Source of the DNA: Escherichia coli
GTDB lineage: Bacteria; Pseudomonadota; Gammaproteobacteria; Enterobacterales; Enterobacteriaceae
NCBI RefSeq assembly: GCF_044324875.1
Contig: NZ_CP172185.1
Strand: one strand, 5' to 3'
Length of the DNA stretch: 64,000 nucleotides
The notes under the pieces are model-generated. The model had not been told where the DNA came from. It ran no database searches and saw only the letters and a list, made by a program, of their open reading frames with translations. Positions 33,851 through 46,291 of this stretch are shown here, piece by piece. The stretch's first letter is position 1; each line of letters starts with the position of its first letter. A program made the translations under genes and the position numbers.

Positions 33851-34177
33851 TTAACCGCGCAGCTGTACCACGCCGTCTTTCACTCGCGCTTCGTAATGCT
33901 TGACGGAAAACTGTTCGTCTTCCATGCACAAGCCGTCGCTTAAGCGAAAACGCTGTTTTTTCAGCGGGCTGGCGACCCACAGCTCGCCCTGGTGTTCCGC
34001 AATCAGCCCGCGTGACAGCACGCTGGACTCGAAGAACGGGTCGATGTTGCTGATCGCAAACACCTGGTCGCTGTGATACGGGCGGAAAATTGCTACCTGC
34101 TCGTCACCTAACAGCGCGCAGACGCCGGTTTCAGGCAGGATGTCATCGATTTTGCAGATGTCTTTCCACTGGCTCAT
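33851..34177 (-). CDS. nirD: Nitrite reductase (NADH) small subunit
   Basis: 108-aa Rieske-like ORF overlapping the nirB stop. Confidence 0.92.
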   Translation of the reverse strand: MSQWKDICKIDDILPETGVCALLGDEQVAIFRPYHSDQVFAISNIDPFFESSVLSRGLIAEHQGELWVASPLKKQRFRLSDGLCMEDEQFSVKHYEARVKDGVVQLRG

Positions 34178-36717
34178 GCGTTGTCCTCCACCAGAGTTAC
34201 CGGGATACGTTCATACGGCGTTGCCGGACGGTGCTGTTCGCGCTCTGGCACCATCTGCACGTTCGGGTCACGCTTGTCGCTGTTGATGAAGTGTTTGAAG
34301 CGAGTCTGCGCGGACGGTGTATTGACCGTCTCAGTCCACTCACACACTACCGCTTCACGCAGGCGCGCCATCTCTTCTTCCAGATGAGCGTTCAGCCCCA
34401 GTTTGTCGTCAATGATCACCGCTTTCAGGTAATCGATGCCGCCTTCAAGGTTTTCTAACCACGGCGCGGTACGCGTCAGTTTGTCGGCGGTACGGATGTA
34501 GAACATCATGAAGCGGTCGAGATATTTGATCAGCGTTTCGCGATCGATATCCGCTGCCAGCAGATCTGCATGACGCGGTTTCATGCCGCCGTTACCGCAA
34601 ACATACAGGTTCCAGCCTTTTTCGGTGGCGATAATACCCACGTCTTTACCCTGAGCTTCTGAACATTCACGGGTACAGCCGGAGACACCGAACTTCATTT
34701 TGTGCGGCGTACGGATGCCTTTGTAGCGGTTTTCCAGTTCCACGCCGAGGCCGACGCTGTCGCCAACGCCGTAGCGGCACCAGGTGCTACCCACGCAGGT
34801 TTTCGCCATACGCAGTGCTTTCGCATAGGCATGACCGGTTTCGAAACCGGCTTCAATCAGCTGACGCCAGATTTCCGGCAGATCGTCTTTCTGTGCGCCA
34901 AACATCGCCAGGCGCTGGGAGCCGGTGATTTTGGTGTAGAGATTAAATTCACGCGCGATACGACCCACTGCCATCAGCCCTTCCGGGGTGATTTCACCGC
35001 CCGGAGAACGCGGGATCACCGAGTAGGTGCCGTCTTTCTGGATGTTAGCGAGGAAGTTGTCGTTAGAATCCTGCAGCGGAGTATGTTCCGGCTTCAGAAT
35101 GTATTCGTTCCAGCAGGAGGCCAGCAGCGAACCGACGGTCGGTTTACAAACTTCACAACCGTAGCCTTTGCCGTGTTTCGCCAGCAGCTCTTCGAAGGTT
35201 TTAATGCCTTCAACGCGGATCAAATGGAACAGTTCCTGACGCGAATAAGCAAAGTGTTCGCACAGGTTGTTGTTAACTTCGATGCCCTGTTTCGCCAGTT
35301 CCGCGTTCAGTACCTGAGTGACCAGCGGGATACAGCCACCGCAGCCAGTACCCGCTTTGGTTTCAGCTTTCAGCGCCGCAACGGTGTGGCAGCCTTTGTT
35401 GATAGCAGCAATCAGGTCGCCTTTGGTGACGTCGAAGCAGGAGCAGATTTGCGCGCTGTCCGGCAGTTTATCAACACCGATAGACGGCTTACCGCTACCA
35501 GAGTGCGCCGGCAGAATCAGAGAATCCGGGTTTTCCGGCAGCTCGATAGCGTTCAGCACCAGTTGCAGCAGGTTGCCGTAGTCGCTGGTATCGCCCACCA
35601 GTACCGCACCGAGCAGGGTTTTGTTGTCTTCGCTGACAATAAGGCGTTTGTAGATCTCTTTGCTTTCGTCGAGGTAAACGTAGCTACGTGCGCCAGGTGT
35701 GCGACCGTGCGCATCACCAATACCGCCTACGTCTACGCCCAGCAGTTTCAGCTTGGCGCTAAGGTCAGCACCTTCAAAGGCGTTTTCGCTGCCAAGAATA
35801 TGGTCAACGGCGACCTGCGCCATTTTGTAGCCTGGTGCTACCAGACCAAATACACGGTTGTTCCAGCTTGCGCATTCACCGATGGCGTAGATATCCGGAT
35901 CGGAAGTCTGGCAGGAATCATTTATGACGATACCCCCACGCGGAGCAACGTCCAGACCACACTGGGTTGCCAGCTTATCGCGCGGACGGATACCGGTAGA
36001 GAAGACGATAAAGTCGACTTCCAGTTCGCTGCCGTCGGCAAAACGCATGGTTTTACGCGCTTCGACACCTTCCTGCACAATCTCAAGGGTGTTTTTGCTG
36101 GTGTGAACGCGCACACCCATACTTTCGATTTTGCGACGTAGCTGCTCGCCGCCCATCTGATCAAGCTGTTCCGCCATCAGCATAGGGGCAAATTCGATAA
36201 CGTGGGTTTCAATGCCTAAGTTTTTCAGCGCGCCAGCGGCTTCCAGACCTAACAGGCCGCCACCAACAACGGCACCGCGTTTGCTGCGACGGGCACAGGA
36301 TTCAATGGCGTTGAGGTCTTCAATGGTGCGATAGACAAAGCAGTCCTGAGTATCAGAACCTTTGATTGGTGGGATCCACGGGTAGGAACCGGTCGCCATG
36401 ATCAGCTTGTCATAAAAAACGGTGCGCCCGGCGCTGGAGTGAATCACCTTCTCCTGACGGTTGATGGTGATAGCGCGTTCGCCGACCAGAACTTTGATGC
36501 CGTGTTTCTCGTAGAAGCCTTCGCGCACCAGCGACAGCTCTTCGGCGGTGTGGTGAGAGAAGTAAGACGAGAGGTGTACGCGGTCATAAGCGATGCGCGG
36601 TTCTTCACAGAAAACGGTAATATCAAAGTTGGCCGCATCAGATTTATCAAGAAGATCTTCGATAAAGCGATGGCCGACCATACCGTTACCGATAATTGCG
36701 AGTCTGACTTTGCTCAT
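34174..36717 (-). CDS. nirB: Nitrite reductase (NADH) large subunit
   Basis: 847-aa ORF; N-terminal FAD/NAD fold MSKVRLAIIGNGMVGHRF and cysteine clusters for the siroheme/Fe-S site. Confidence 0.95.
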   Translation of the reverse strand: MSKVRLAIIGNGMVGHRFIEDLLDKSDAANFDITVFCEEPRIAYDRVHLSSYFSHHTAEELSLVREGFYEKHGIKVLVGERAITINRQEKVIHSSAGRTVFYDKLIMATGSYPWIPPIKGSDTQDCFVYRTIEDLNAIESCARRSKRGAVVGGGLLGLEAAGALKNLGIETHVIEFAPMLMAEQLDQMGGEQLRRKIESMGVRVHTSKNTLEIVQEGVEARKTMRFADGSELEVDFIVFSTGIRPRDKLATQCGLDVAPRGGIVINDSCQTSDPDIYAIGECASWNNRVFGLVAPGYKMAQVAVDHILGSENAFEGADLSAKLKLLGVDVGGIGDAHGRTPGARSYVYLDESKEIYKRLIVSEDNKTLLGAVLVGDTSDYGNLLQLVLNAIELPENPDSLILPAHSGSGKPSIGVDKLPDSAQICSCFDVTKGDLIAAINKGCHTVAALKAETKAGTGCGGCIPLVTQVLNAELAKQGIEVNNNLCEHFAYSRQELFHLIRVEGIKTFEELLAKHGKGYGCEVCKPTVGSLLASCWNEYILKPEHTPLQDSNDNFLANIQKDGTYSVIPRSPGGEITPEGLMAVGRIAREFNLYTKITGSQRLAMFGAQKDDLPEIWRQLIEAGFETGHAYAKALRMAKTCVGSTWCRYGVGDSVGLGVELENRYKGIRTPHKMKFGVSGCTRECSEAQGKDVGIIATEKGWNLYVCGNGGMKPRHADLLAADIDRETLIKYLDRFMMFYIRTADKLTRTAPWLENLEGGIDYLKAVIIDDKLGLNAHLEEEMARLREAVVCEWTETVNTPSAQTRFKHFINSDKRDPNVQMVPEREQHRPATPYERIPVTLVEDNA

Positions 36718-36765
36718 TTTTGCCTCGATTTCTTTTCTATTACCGCCTACCTTAACGATTCAGCA

Positions 36766-36779
36766 ACCCCGCTTATTGA
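36766..36779 (-). promoter_or_regulatory. FNR binding site (TTGAT-N4-ATCAA) of the nirB promoter
   Basis: Exact consensus ttgatgtaaatcaa about 50 bp upstream of the nirB start, the position expected for the class II FNR site. Confidence 0.8.
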
Positions 36780-36792
36780 TGTAAATCAAATT

Positions 36793-36808
36793 CACCTTTA
36801 TATACTCC
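36793..36808 (-). promoter_or_regulatory. NarL/NarP 7-2-7 heptamer pair of the nirB promoter
   Basis: tactcct-ta-aggggta inverted heptamers centred 28 bp upstream of the FNR site centre. Confidence 0.65.
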
Positions 36809-36978
36809 TTAAGGGGTATATTGCTGATTTGTATAAATTTTCTTAAGTCACGGAATTGTCTGACATTTCATGTTTGTGCAAAAAACAGACAAATTGAACG
36901 GGTTTATAGAAATAGATGCACGTAGCGGGGTTAGAGAGGAAAAGGCCGGACGACGATAGTGCCGTCCGGCATGAGCAA

Positions 36979-38160
36979 TTAATGAGAGGTCAGGGTGTTA
37001 TGCTGACGGTGACGGCTGACGAAACCTAACAGGAAGCACATCACAAAGACGACAGCGTACAGACCGTTTGCTGTAAGCAGTGCCGCCTGCGGACCGCTAT
37101 GTTCAACAATCGGCCCGGTAACCACAAAGGTCAACATAGTACCGATGGTCCCGCAGGTCAGGACAAAGTTAACCAGTTTTGGCGACGGTACTTTGGTCTG
37201 CTGTGAACCCAGGGTGATGATGGTGGTATAGATCGCGCTGGAGAAGAAGCCCAGGGCGAGAATTGACCACGCCATATGTGCCGGTGTTCCGGTGTTAAAG
37301 ACGTACATCAGAATCGCGGCCAGACCCGCCAGTACGGTCAGGATACGTTGCAAATCAAAGAAGCGAAGAATAAAGCTGAACGCCCACATGCCGATCATGT
37401 ATGACATCCAGAAGTTACTCACCAGCGTACCAGCATCATTCAGGCTCATGCCCAGGCCTTTGGCATACTCAGGCACCCAGGAGATAAAACCTAACTGACC
37501 GAGGATGTAGCACAGTGCCGCAATGGAGAGAAACAGCACGCCGATCCCCCACTTTTCTTTCTCTACCGGAGCATCCGTTTTTGGTGCATGTTTGCCCAGT
37601 GCCGGGAACTCACAGCCGAAGGTCAGAATAAAAATAGCGACATACACCAGCCCGATGCAGGCATAAACCCAGTACCACTCAATGCTGCGCGCCAGTAGAA
37701 ACGCGGCGATCATTGGGAAAATCATCCCAGCCATACTGAAGAAGGAGTCGGTAAATAACAGGCGGGAACCGCGCTGACGCCCTTCATACATTTGTGTTAT
37801 CAGGAATGTACCAATCGACATGGTGATGCCGCTGACCACCCCGAGAATGAACATCGCCGCCGAGAACAGCGCCAGGCTGTGGCTGAACATCAAACCGGCA
37901 ACCGCCAGCACCATCAGGAGAAAGCCAAAACGTAACTGCGTTTTCAACGGGACGATTTCCATCAGCCAGGCGTTGAGGAAGATAGAGATTAAAATGCCGG
38001 CGTTGAGGAAGGTGAAGGTATTACTCATACTGGAAACAGGCAGATTGAAATAATCGGCGATATTTCCCATCACCATCCCGGTGACAATAACCAACGCACC
38101 GGTCAGTGCGTAGGAGAGAAAGCTAATCCATGTGAGCTTGATGCGATTGCTGTTAGTCAT
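36979..38160 (-). CDS. tsgA: TsgA, MFS-type inner-membrane transporter
   Basis: 393-aa ORF with 12 predicted transmembrane helices. Confidence 0.88.
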   Translation of the reverse strand: MTNSNRIKLTWISFLSYALTGALVIVTGMVMGNIADYFNLPVSSMSNTFTFLNAGILISIFLNAWLMEIVPLKTQLRFGFLLMVLAVAGLMFSHSLALFSAAMFILGVVSGITMSIGTFLITQMYEGRQRGSRLLFTDSFFSMAGMIFPMIAAFLLARSIEWYWVYACIGLVYVAIFILTFGCEFPALGKHAPKTDAPVEKEKWGIGVLFLSIAALCYILGQLGFISWVPEYAKGLGMSLNDAGTLVSNFWMSYMIGMWAFSFILRFFDLQRILTVLAGLAAILMYVFNTGTPAHMAWSILALGFFSSAIYTTIITLGSQQTKVPSPKLVNFVLTCGTIGTMLTFVVTGPIVEHSGPQAALLTANGLYAVVFVMCFLLGFVSRHRQHNTLTSH

Positions 38161-38421
38161 GATTGGCCTGCGTTCAAAAATAAAATGGCATAGCGGGCTA
38201 TGCCGCGAGCGGGCGATTTTAGGTGATTTTGTGATCTGATTAAATGTTTTATTGCAATCGGTTGCTAAATTGCATTTTAAGAGGTGATTTTTATCACAGA
38301 ATAAAAAGTGATCGTCAGGTTACATATATTTCAGATACGTAAAATTAGGTAAAGGGATGGCCTTGTTCTTGAAGGCTATTTAGAATCTCTTCACTTGCTT
38401 TTTTTCTGCTCTGTTTGTTAA

Positions 38422-39003
<582 letters not shown>

Positions 39004-39107
39004 TGATTTCTCGCGCGGGCAATCTTGCCCGCGCTTCTGCTCTCCCGGCGTAACCCGGATTTGCCGCTTATACTTGTGGCAAATGGACACGTTCAGGGAG
39101 GCATCAA

Positions 39108-39275
39108 GTGAAGAAACTCACCGATAAGCAAAAGTCCCGTCTCTGGGAGTTTCAGCGTAATCGTAATTTCCAGGCCAGTCGCCGTCTTGAAGGCGTCGAG
39201 ATGCCTTTAGTCACTCTTACTGCCGCAGAGGCTTTAGCGCGACTTGAAGAGCTGAGGAGGCACTATGAGCGATAA
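39108..39275 (+). CDS. yhfG: YhfG, small protein overlapping fic (Fic inhibitor / antitoxin-like)
   Basis: Below the track cut-off; GTG start at 39108; my translation is [55 protein letters not shown]; stop overlaps the fic start by 11 nt. Confidence 0.75.
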   Translation: MKKLTDKQKSRLWEFQRNRNFQASRRLEGVEMPLVTLTAAEALARLEELRRHYER

Positions 39276-39867
39276 ATTCGGCGAAGGGCGCGATCCGTAT
39301 CTTTATCCTGGCCTTGATATCATGCGTAACCGGCTGAACATCCGCCAGCAACAACGGCTGGAACAGGCCGCTTACGAAATGACGGCGCTACGTGCTGCGA
39401 CCATTGAGCTTGGTCCGCTGGTGCGCGGTTTACCGCATTTGCGCACTATCCATCGCCAGCTGTATCAGGATATTTTCGACTGGGCGGGGCAACTGCGTGA
39501 AGTTGATATTTATCAGGGTGATACGCCGTTCTGCCACTTTGCTTATATCGAAAAAGAGGGCAATGCCCTGATGCAGGATCTGGAGGAAGACGGTTATCTG
39601 GTTGGCCTGGATAAAGCGAAGTTCGTCGAGCGGCTGGCGCATTACTATTGTGAAATCAACGTGCTGCATCCCTTCCGTGTGGGAAGCGGACTGGCACAGC
39701 GGATCTTCTTCGAGCAGCTGGCGATTCATGCGGGCTACCAACTGAGCTGGCAGGGTATCGAAAAAGAGGCCTGGAATCAGGCAAATCAGAGTGGGGCAAT
39801 GGGGGATCTCACCGCGCTGCAGATGATATTTAGCAAAGTGGTAAGCGAAGCCGGGGAATCTGAGTAA
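39265..39867 (+). CDS. fic: Fic-domain protein (cell filamentation protein)
   Basis: 200-aa ORF; Fic-like core [12 protein letters not shown], which is degenerate relative to the canonical HPFx(D/E)GNGRxxR. Confidence 0.9.
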   Translation: MSDKFGEGRDPYLYPGLDIMRNRLNIRQQQRLEQAAYEMTALRAATIELGPLVRGLPHLRTIHRQLYQDIFDWAGQLREVDIYQGDTPFCHFAYIEKEGNALMQDLEEDGYLVGLDKAKFVERLAHYYCEINVLHPFRVGSGLAQRIFFEQLAIHAGYQLSWQGIEKEAWNQANQSGAMGDLTALQMIFSKVVSEAGESE

Positions 39868-39898
39868 AATAGCGCGGTTCTTTCGTACCGGAGCCGCC

Positions 39899-40462
39899 AT
39901 GATCCTGCTTATTGATAACTACGATTCTTTTACCTGGAACCTCTACCAGTACTTTTGTGAACTGGGGGCGGATGTGCTGGTTAAGCGCAACGATGCGTTG
40001 ACGCTGGCGGATATCGATGCCCTTAAACCACAAAAAATTGTCATCTCACCCGGACCCTGTACGCCAGATGAAGCCGGGATCTCCCTTGACGTTATTCGCA
40101 ACTATGCCGGGTGCTTGCCGATTCTTGGCGTCTGCCTCGGTCATCAGGCAATGGCGCAGGCATTTGGCGGCAAAGTTGTGCGCGCCGCAAAGGTCATGCA
40201 CGGCAAAACCTCGCCGATTACACATAACGGTGAGGGCGTATTTCGGGGGCTGGCAAATCCACTTACCGTGACACGCTACCATTCGCTGGTGGTGGAACCT
40301 GACTCATTACCAGCGTGCTTTGAAGTGACGGCCTGGAGCGAAACCCGCGAGATTATGGGGATTCGCCATCGCCAGTGGGATCTGGAAGGCGTGCAGTTCC
40401 ATCCAGAAAGTATTCTCAGCGAACAAGGACATCAACTGCTGGCTAATTTCCTGCATCGCTGA
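39899..40462 (+). CDS. pabA: Aminodeoxychorismate synthase glutamine-amidotransferase subunit
   Basis: 187-aa class I amidotransferase ORF with catalytic Cys (GVCLGHQ). Confidence 0.93.
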   Translation: MILLIDNYDSFTWNLYQYFCELGADVLVKRNDALTLADIDALKPQKIVISPGPCTPDEAGISLDVIRNYAGCLPILGVCLGHQAMAQAFGGKVVRAAKVMHGKTSPITHNGEGVFRGLANPLTVTRYHSLVVEPDSLPACFEVTAWSETREIMGIRHRQWDLEGVQFHPESILSEQGHQLLANFLHR

Positions 40463-40484
40463 TTTCTGATTGCTATTAAGTGAT

Positions 40485-40517
40485 TTTTTATGCATATTTT
40501 GTGATTATAATTTCACA
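40485..40517 (+). promoter_or_regulatory. Candidate argD promoter -10 (tataat) overlapping ARG-box-like near-palindromes
   Basis: tgtgattataatttcaca and the adjacent ttatgcatattttgtgat resemble tandem ARG boxes; weak by-eye match only. Confidence 0.35.
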
Positions 40518-40532
40518 TTTATTTATGTGTAA

Positions 40533-41768
<1,236 letters not shown>

Positions 41769-41796
41769 ATAAGACGCATCAGGCAAAAGATGTCGG

Positions 41797-41826
41797 ATGC
41801 GGCGTGAATGCCTTATCCGATGGTTT
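41797..41826. repeat. REP-like element downstream of argD
   Basis: tcggatgcggcgtgaatgccttatccgatg resembles the REP consensus. Confidence 0.5.
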
Positions 41827-41834
41827 AGCCTGTA

Positions 41835-43937
41835 TTACGCCTTCGAATCCCGCAACTTGCGACTCAGCCAAATCCCATGATGTGGTCGCTGACGCCATGC
41901 CATCGACGAAATGGTGTGCATGGTGTTCAGATGACCTATAACCCGCTGTAAATGCTGCTCCAGCGTACCTGCCGCGCCTTCGTGCGGCTGCATCTCCGGC
42001 GCATCCATGATATTGGCATCGCCGGAACTACCCGGTTCGTCATACTCCAGCCGCTGCTGACAACGCTGAATGGCGATTTCACAAGACTGTAAATACTCTT
42101 GTGCCAGTTCCGGTGGCAATGCCCGGTGTTCCCGCGCCAGCGTGGTCATGGCATTAATATGCTCAACAATAAACTGGCTGTGCGTTACCCACAGTTTCAT
42201 ATCTGCCAGATAATGGCTGTTAAACGCCGGTTCCTGCATCGCCTGATTCAATGAGTTATACAGAGTGTTATGCGCCTGATTTACCCGCATTCGCTGCCAG
42301 GCCAGTGGCGTAGGTTGCGGGTCCTCGCTCAGAATCAAGCGAATCGCGTCCTGATAGGCTTCTAAAGCGTCATGGGCGTTCTTACGCAATAACCCGCTCT
42401 GCCACTGCGGCCACAGCCAGACAGTACCGCCGAAAGCAATTAAACAACCAATAATGGTATCGATAAGACGCGGAAGGATGTACTGCTCACCGTTCAGCCA
42501 CAACAGTTGCAGGGTATACACTGCGGTAATGGTAAAGCCGACCGTCGCCCAGCCGTAGTTTTTGCGCAATATCAGGTAGCTGGCGAGGGTGGTAATCAGC
42601 ATCAAGGTCAGAGTGTAACCTTCGGGAATTTTAAAGTGCAGGGCAACGCCCGCAATGATTAACCCGACCACGGTTCCCACGGAGCGATTCACAATCCTCA
42701 GACGGGTTGCGCCATAGCCATTTTGCGTCACCAGCAATACCGTCATCAGGATCCAGTACGACTTCGGCAGATGCAGCGCGGTGCCCATCAGGCTGGCAAC
42801 GCTTAACATCACACTGAGTCGTCCGGCATTGCGTAGCGCCGGAGATTTCAGTGACAGATAACTTTTCAGCGCCGGAAGTAACGGCATTCGCCGCTGTTTA
42901 TCGGCCAGTAAGTCACGGGCATAGAGCGGTTTTTGGGTGCGCAGCACGCGGGCGATGCGGCTGAAATGCCAATAGCAGAATTGCCCAACCGGATTATCCG
43001 GATGCTGGCGGGCGATTTTTTCCAGTGCGCCAATTTGCTTTTCCATCGTAAAACGCGTCGGCAGGCGATGGTAAAGAATGTCATCAGCCAGCACGCGCAG
43101 GCGAGCGGCGACGGTTTGCGCATTCCAGCGGATAACTTCCTCCGCATGGCTACGCTCGACCAGTTTTTGCACCTCTTCCGGCTGATGCAAACTGACCGAA
43201 ATATGTTCCTGCAAATCCAGCGCCTCCTGGAAAATACGCAGCATCCGCTTGTAATCGTTATTATTTTGCGCGGAAAGCATATGCATTTGCTGATAGCACT
43301 GGGTAATTAAATCGACCGCTTTTTGCTGGCGCACCAGCAGCGGCGGCAGCGCTTTTTCAGGGTCGGTGTGCTGGGTAAGCAGGCTGTATTTGGCTTCACA
43401 ATAATCTGCCAGTTCACGGTACAGCAGACTTAGTGACTCGCGCAGCGGTTGTTCGCGCCAGATCCAGAACCAAAACCAGTTAAACAATCCGTACCAGAGA
43501 GTGCCCAACGCATAGATGAGCAACGGTTCCCAGACCGGCATGTATCCCGCCAGACTGAGGGTAAAAATGGCGGCGAGCAGCGATGCGGGAAGCAATTTTG
43601 CGTGCAATGGCCCCAGCTCAGCAGTGACGCCAAGTACCAGCGTTAATCCGGTCAGCAAAAAGGGCAGGGGAACATCTTTTGCCAGTAACAGCTGTGTCAG
43701 CAAGCTACAGGTGGCAAACAGCGACGCACCAATGATTAAGCGTTTGAAAAAACGTTTATGAGGCGTATCAAGGCCCGCAATATTGCAACAAGCAGGAACG
43801 AGGGAGAAGAGCAGACCGAATCGTAATTCGCCAAGCATTAACCCAACGGCCACGGGCAAACATAGCACCAGCGTTTGTCGCAGTGCATAGTTGATATCGG
43901 GGTGATAAATCAGTCTGCGCCACATCGGGGGAAACAA
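41835..43937 (-). CDS. yhfK: YhfK, large inner-membrane protein (FUSC-like efflux family)
   Basis: 700-aa ORF in track from a TTG codon; an ATG at 43925 (MWRRLIYHPD...) is an alternative start. Confidence 0.85.
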   Translation of the reverse strand: MFPPMWRRLIYHPDINYALRQTLVLCLPVAVGLMLGELRFGLLFSLVPACCNIAGLDTPHKRFFKRLIIGASLFATCSLLTQLLLAKDVPLPFLLTGLTLVLGVTAELGPLHAKLLPASLLAAIFTLSLAGYMPVWEPLLIYALGTLWYGLFNWFWFWIWREQPLRESLSLLYRELADYCEAKYSLLTQHTDPEKALPPLLVRQQKAVDLITQCYQQMHMLSAQNNNDYKRMLRIFQEALDLQEHISVSLHQPEEVQKLVERSHAEEVIRWNAQTVAARLRVLADDILYHRLPTRFTMEKQIGALEKIARQHPDNPVGQFCYWHFSRIARVLRTQKPLYARDLLADKQRRMPLLPALKSYLSLKSPALRNAGRLSVMLSVASLMGTALHLPKSYWILMTVLLVTQNGYGATRLRIVNRSVGTVVGLIIAGVALHFKIPEGYTLTLMLITTLASYLILRKNYGWATVGFTITAVYTLQLLWLNGEQYILPRLIDTIIGCLIAFGGTVWLWPQWQSGLLRKNAHDALEAYQDAIRLILSEDPQPTPLAWQRMRVNQAHNTLYNSLNQAMQEPAFNSHYLADMKLWVTHSQFIVEHINAMTTLAREHRALPPELAQEYLQSCEIAIQRCQQRLEYDEPGSSGDANIMDAPEMQPHEGAAGTLEQHLQRVIGHLNTMHTISSMAWRQRPHHGIWLSRKLRDSKA

Positions 43938-43940
43938 AAT

Positions 43941-43962
43941 GGCGCGCTACTCAGTAACGCGC
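43941..43962 (-). terminator. Rho-independent terminator downstream of crp
   Basis: On the minus strand: ggcgcgttactgagtagcgcgcc hairpin followed by attttgttt. Confidence 0.6.
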
Positions 43963-43975
43963 CACTCCGACGGGA

Positions 43976-44608
43976 TTAACGAGTGCCGTAAACGACGATG
44001 GTTTTACCGTGTGCGGAGATCAGGTTCTGATCTTCCAGCATCTTCAGAATGCGTCCCACGGTTTCACGAGAACAGCCGACTATCTGACCAATTTCCTGAC
44101 GGGTAATTTTGATTTGCATACCGTCCGGGTGAGTCATAGCATCCGGTTGTTTTGCCAGGTTCAGCAGAGTCTGTGCAATGCGGCCCGTCACGTCGAGGAA
44201 CGCCAGGTTGCCCACTTTCTCTGAAGTGACTTGCAGGCGACGCGCCATCTGTGCAGACAGACGCATCAGAATGTCCGGGTTTACCTGAATCAATTGGCGA
44301 AATTTTTTGTACGAAATTTCAGCCACTTCACAGGCGGTTTTCGCACGTACCCATGCGCTACGTTCCTGGCCCTCTTCAAACAGGCCCAGTTCGCCAATAA
44401 AATCACCCTGATTCAGATAGGAGAGGATCATTTCTTTACCCTCTTCGTCTTTGATCAGCACTGCCACAGAGCCTTTAACGATGTAGTACAGCGTTTCCGC
44501 TTTTTCACCCTGGTGAATAAGCGTGCTCTTGGATGGGTACTTATGAATGTGGCAATGAGACAAGAACCATTCGAGAGTCGGGTCTGTTTGCGGTTTGCCA
44601 AGCACCAT
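43976..44608 (-). CDS. crp: cAMP receptor protein (CRP/CAP global regulator)
   Basis: 210-aa ORF recognisable end to end, including the C-terminal [14 protein letters not shown]. Confidence 0.97.
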
Positions 44609-44909
44609 GCGCGGTTATCCTCTGTTATAAGCTTTCTCCAGAGCCAGATAACGCCGCTGTCTCTGGATTGCCGAAATATGCTTCCCGCTACCTGGGAAGG
44701 GGCTATCAACTGTACTGCACGGTAATGTGACGTCCTTTGCATACATGCAGTACATCAATGTATTACTGTAGCATCCTGACTGTTTTAGCATAGCTTTCGC
44801 TTTGTGTCTCCTGGTGTCTCGCTTCAGCATGACCCAGGTCGCCTTCCGTTGCGCGATTTGGTTAGTACGCGTACTCTGTCAGGAAAATTGACGCAGTGGA
44901 GTAGCAAAA

Positions 44910-45314
44910 ATGCAAGCGCGAGTGAAGTGGGTCGAAGGGTTAACTTTTCTGGGCGAATCCGCCTCTGGTCACCAGATTTTAATGGACGGCAACTCAGGCG
45001 ATAAAGCACCAAGTCCGATGGAAATGGTGTTGATGGCGGCGGGTGGTTGCAGTGCCATCGATGTGGTTTCTATTCTGCAAAAAGGGCGTCAGGATGTGGT
45101 CGATTGTGAAGTAAAATTGACCTCTGAACGCCGCGAAGAGGCACCACGCCTGTTTACGCACATTAATCTGCATTTCATCGTCACCGGTCGCGACCTGAAA
45201 GACGCAGCGGTTGCGCGTGCGGTTGATCTCTCTGCTGAGAAATATTGTTCAGTGGCGTTGATGCTGGAAAAAGCGGTGAATATTACTCACTCGTATGAAG
45301 TGGTTGCCGCGTGA
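44910..45314 (+). CDS. yhfA: YhfA, OsmC/Ohr-family protein
   Basis: 134-aa ORF divergent from crp. Confidence 0.85.
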   Translation: MQARVKWVEGLTFLGESASGHQILMDGNSGDKAPSPMEMVLMAAGGCSAIDVVSILQKGRQDVVDCEVKLTSERREEAPRLFTHINLHFIVTGRDLKDAAVARAVDLSAEKYCSVALMLEKAVNITHSYEVVAA

Positions 45315-45368
45315 TTTAACTATCCCATTGTGAAGCCGGATAGTATTTTATCCGGCGTAATAGCAAAG

Positions 45369-46238
45369 TTACTCGATTTTCTTTCCTTCCATCAATCGTT
45401 GCACCAGCGGCAGCATAATTAATTCCATTGCCAGACCCATTTTGCCGCCCGGTACCACTAACGTATTGACGTGGGAAATGAATGAGCCTTGCAACATCGC
45501 CAGCAGCCAGGGGAAATCGATCCCTTCCAGATTACGAAAATGGATCACCACAAAGCTTTCATCCAGCGACGGGATAGCTTTTGCCGCGAACGGGTTTGAG
45601 GTGTCAACGGTGGGGACGCGCTGGAAGTTAAGATGGGTGCGGGAAAACTGCGGTGTGATGTAGTTGATATAGTCTTCCATTGAACGCACTACTGAGTCCA
45701 TCACGGCTTCTCGTGAGTGCCCGCGCTCGCTGGTATCGCGGATCAGTTTTTGAATCCACTCAAGGTTAACGATAGGCACCACGCCAACCAGTAAATCCAC
45801 ATGCTGCGCAACGTTATGCTGTGGCGTGACTACGCCGCCGTGTAAACCTTCATAAAACAGTACATCAGTGGGTTCCGGTAAAGGTTGCCAGGGGGTGAAT
45901 GTCCCCGGTACCTGATTCCACGGTACGGCTTCATCGTAGGTATGCAGATATTTGCGAGATTTCCCTTTGCCGCTCTGACCATATTCAATGAAGGTTTGTT
46001 CCAGCAGGCCAAAGTCGTTCGCTTCGGGGCCGAAGTAGCTGATATGCCGCCCGGCGTCGCGCGCTTTGCGGATCGCCATGTCCATTTCCGGGCGGGTGTA
46101 ACGGTGAAAACTGTCGCCTTCCACCTCGGCTGCATGCAGATTTAACTGCGCGAATATTTTACGAAACGCGAGGCTGGTGGTGGTGGTCCCCGCGCCGCTG
46201 GATCCTGTTACCGCAATGACCGGATGTTTGGCAGACAT
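45369..46238 (-). CDS. prkB: Phosphoribulokinase-like protein
   Basis: 289-aa ORF with P-loop VIAVTGSSGAGTTT. Confidence 0.9.
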   Translation of the reverse strand: MSAKHPVIAVTGSSGAGTTTTSLAFRKIFAQLNLHAAEVEGDSFHRYTRPEMDMAIRKARDAGRHISYFGPEANDFGLLEQTFIEYGQSGKGKSRKYLHTYDEAVPWNQVPGTFTPWQPLPEPTDVLFYEGLHGGVVTPQHNVAQHVDLLVGVVPIVNLEWIQKLIRDTSERGHSREAVMDSVVRSMEDYINYITPQFSRTHLNFQRVPTVDTSNPFAAKAIPSLDESFVVIHFRNLEGIDFPWLLAMLQGSFISHVNTLVVPGGKMGLAMELIMLPLVQRLMEGKKIE

Positions 46239-46291
46239 AGTAACTCCATGACTTAGCTATCATTATTATCTCGTCCGCCGACGGTTGCAGG

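Noticed and set aside
34702-36141. 479-aa plus-strand ORF antisense to nirB
   Set aside because: It lies entirely inside and opposite the well-supported nirB; its translation is low-complexity and Arg/Ala/Val-rich, as expected for an antisense frame of GC-rich coding DNA.
44609-44909. Possible CRP autoregulatory site (tgtgacgtcctttgcata) in the crp-yhfA divergent region
   Set aside because: Only one half-site matches the TGTGA-N6-TCACA consensus well; I cannot place it confidently relative to the crp promoters without transcript mapping, so it is not reported as a feature.
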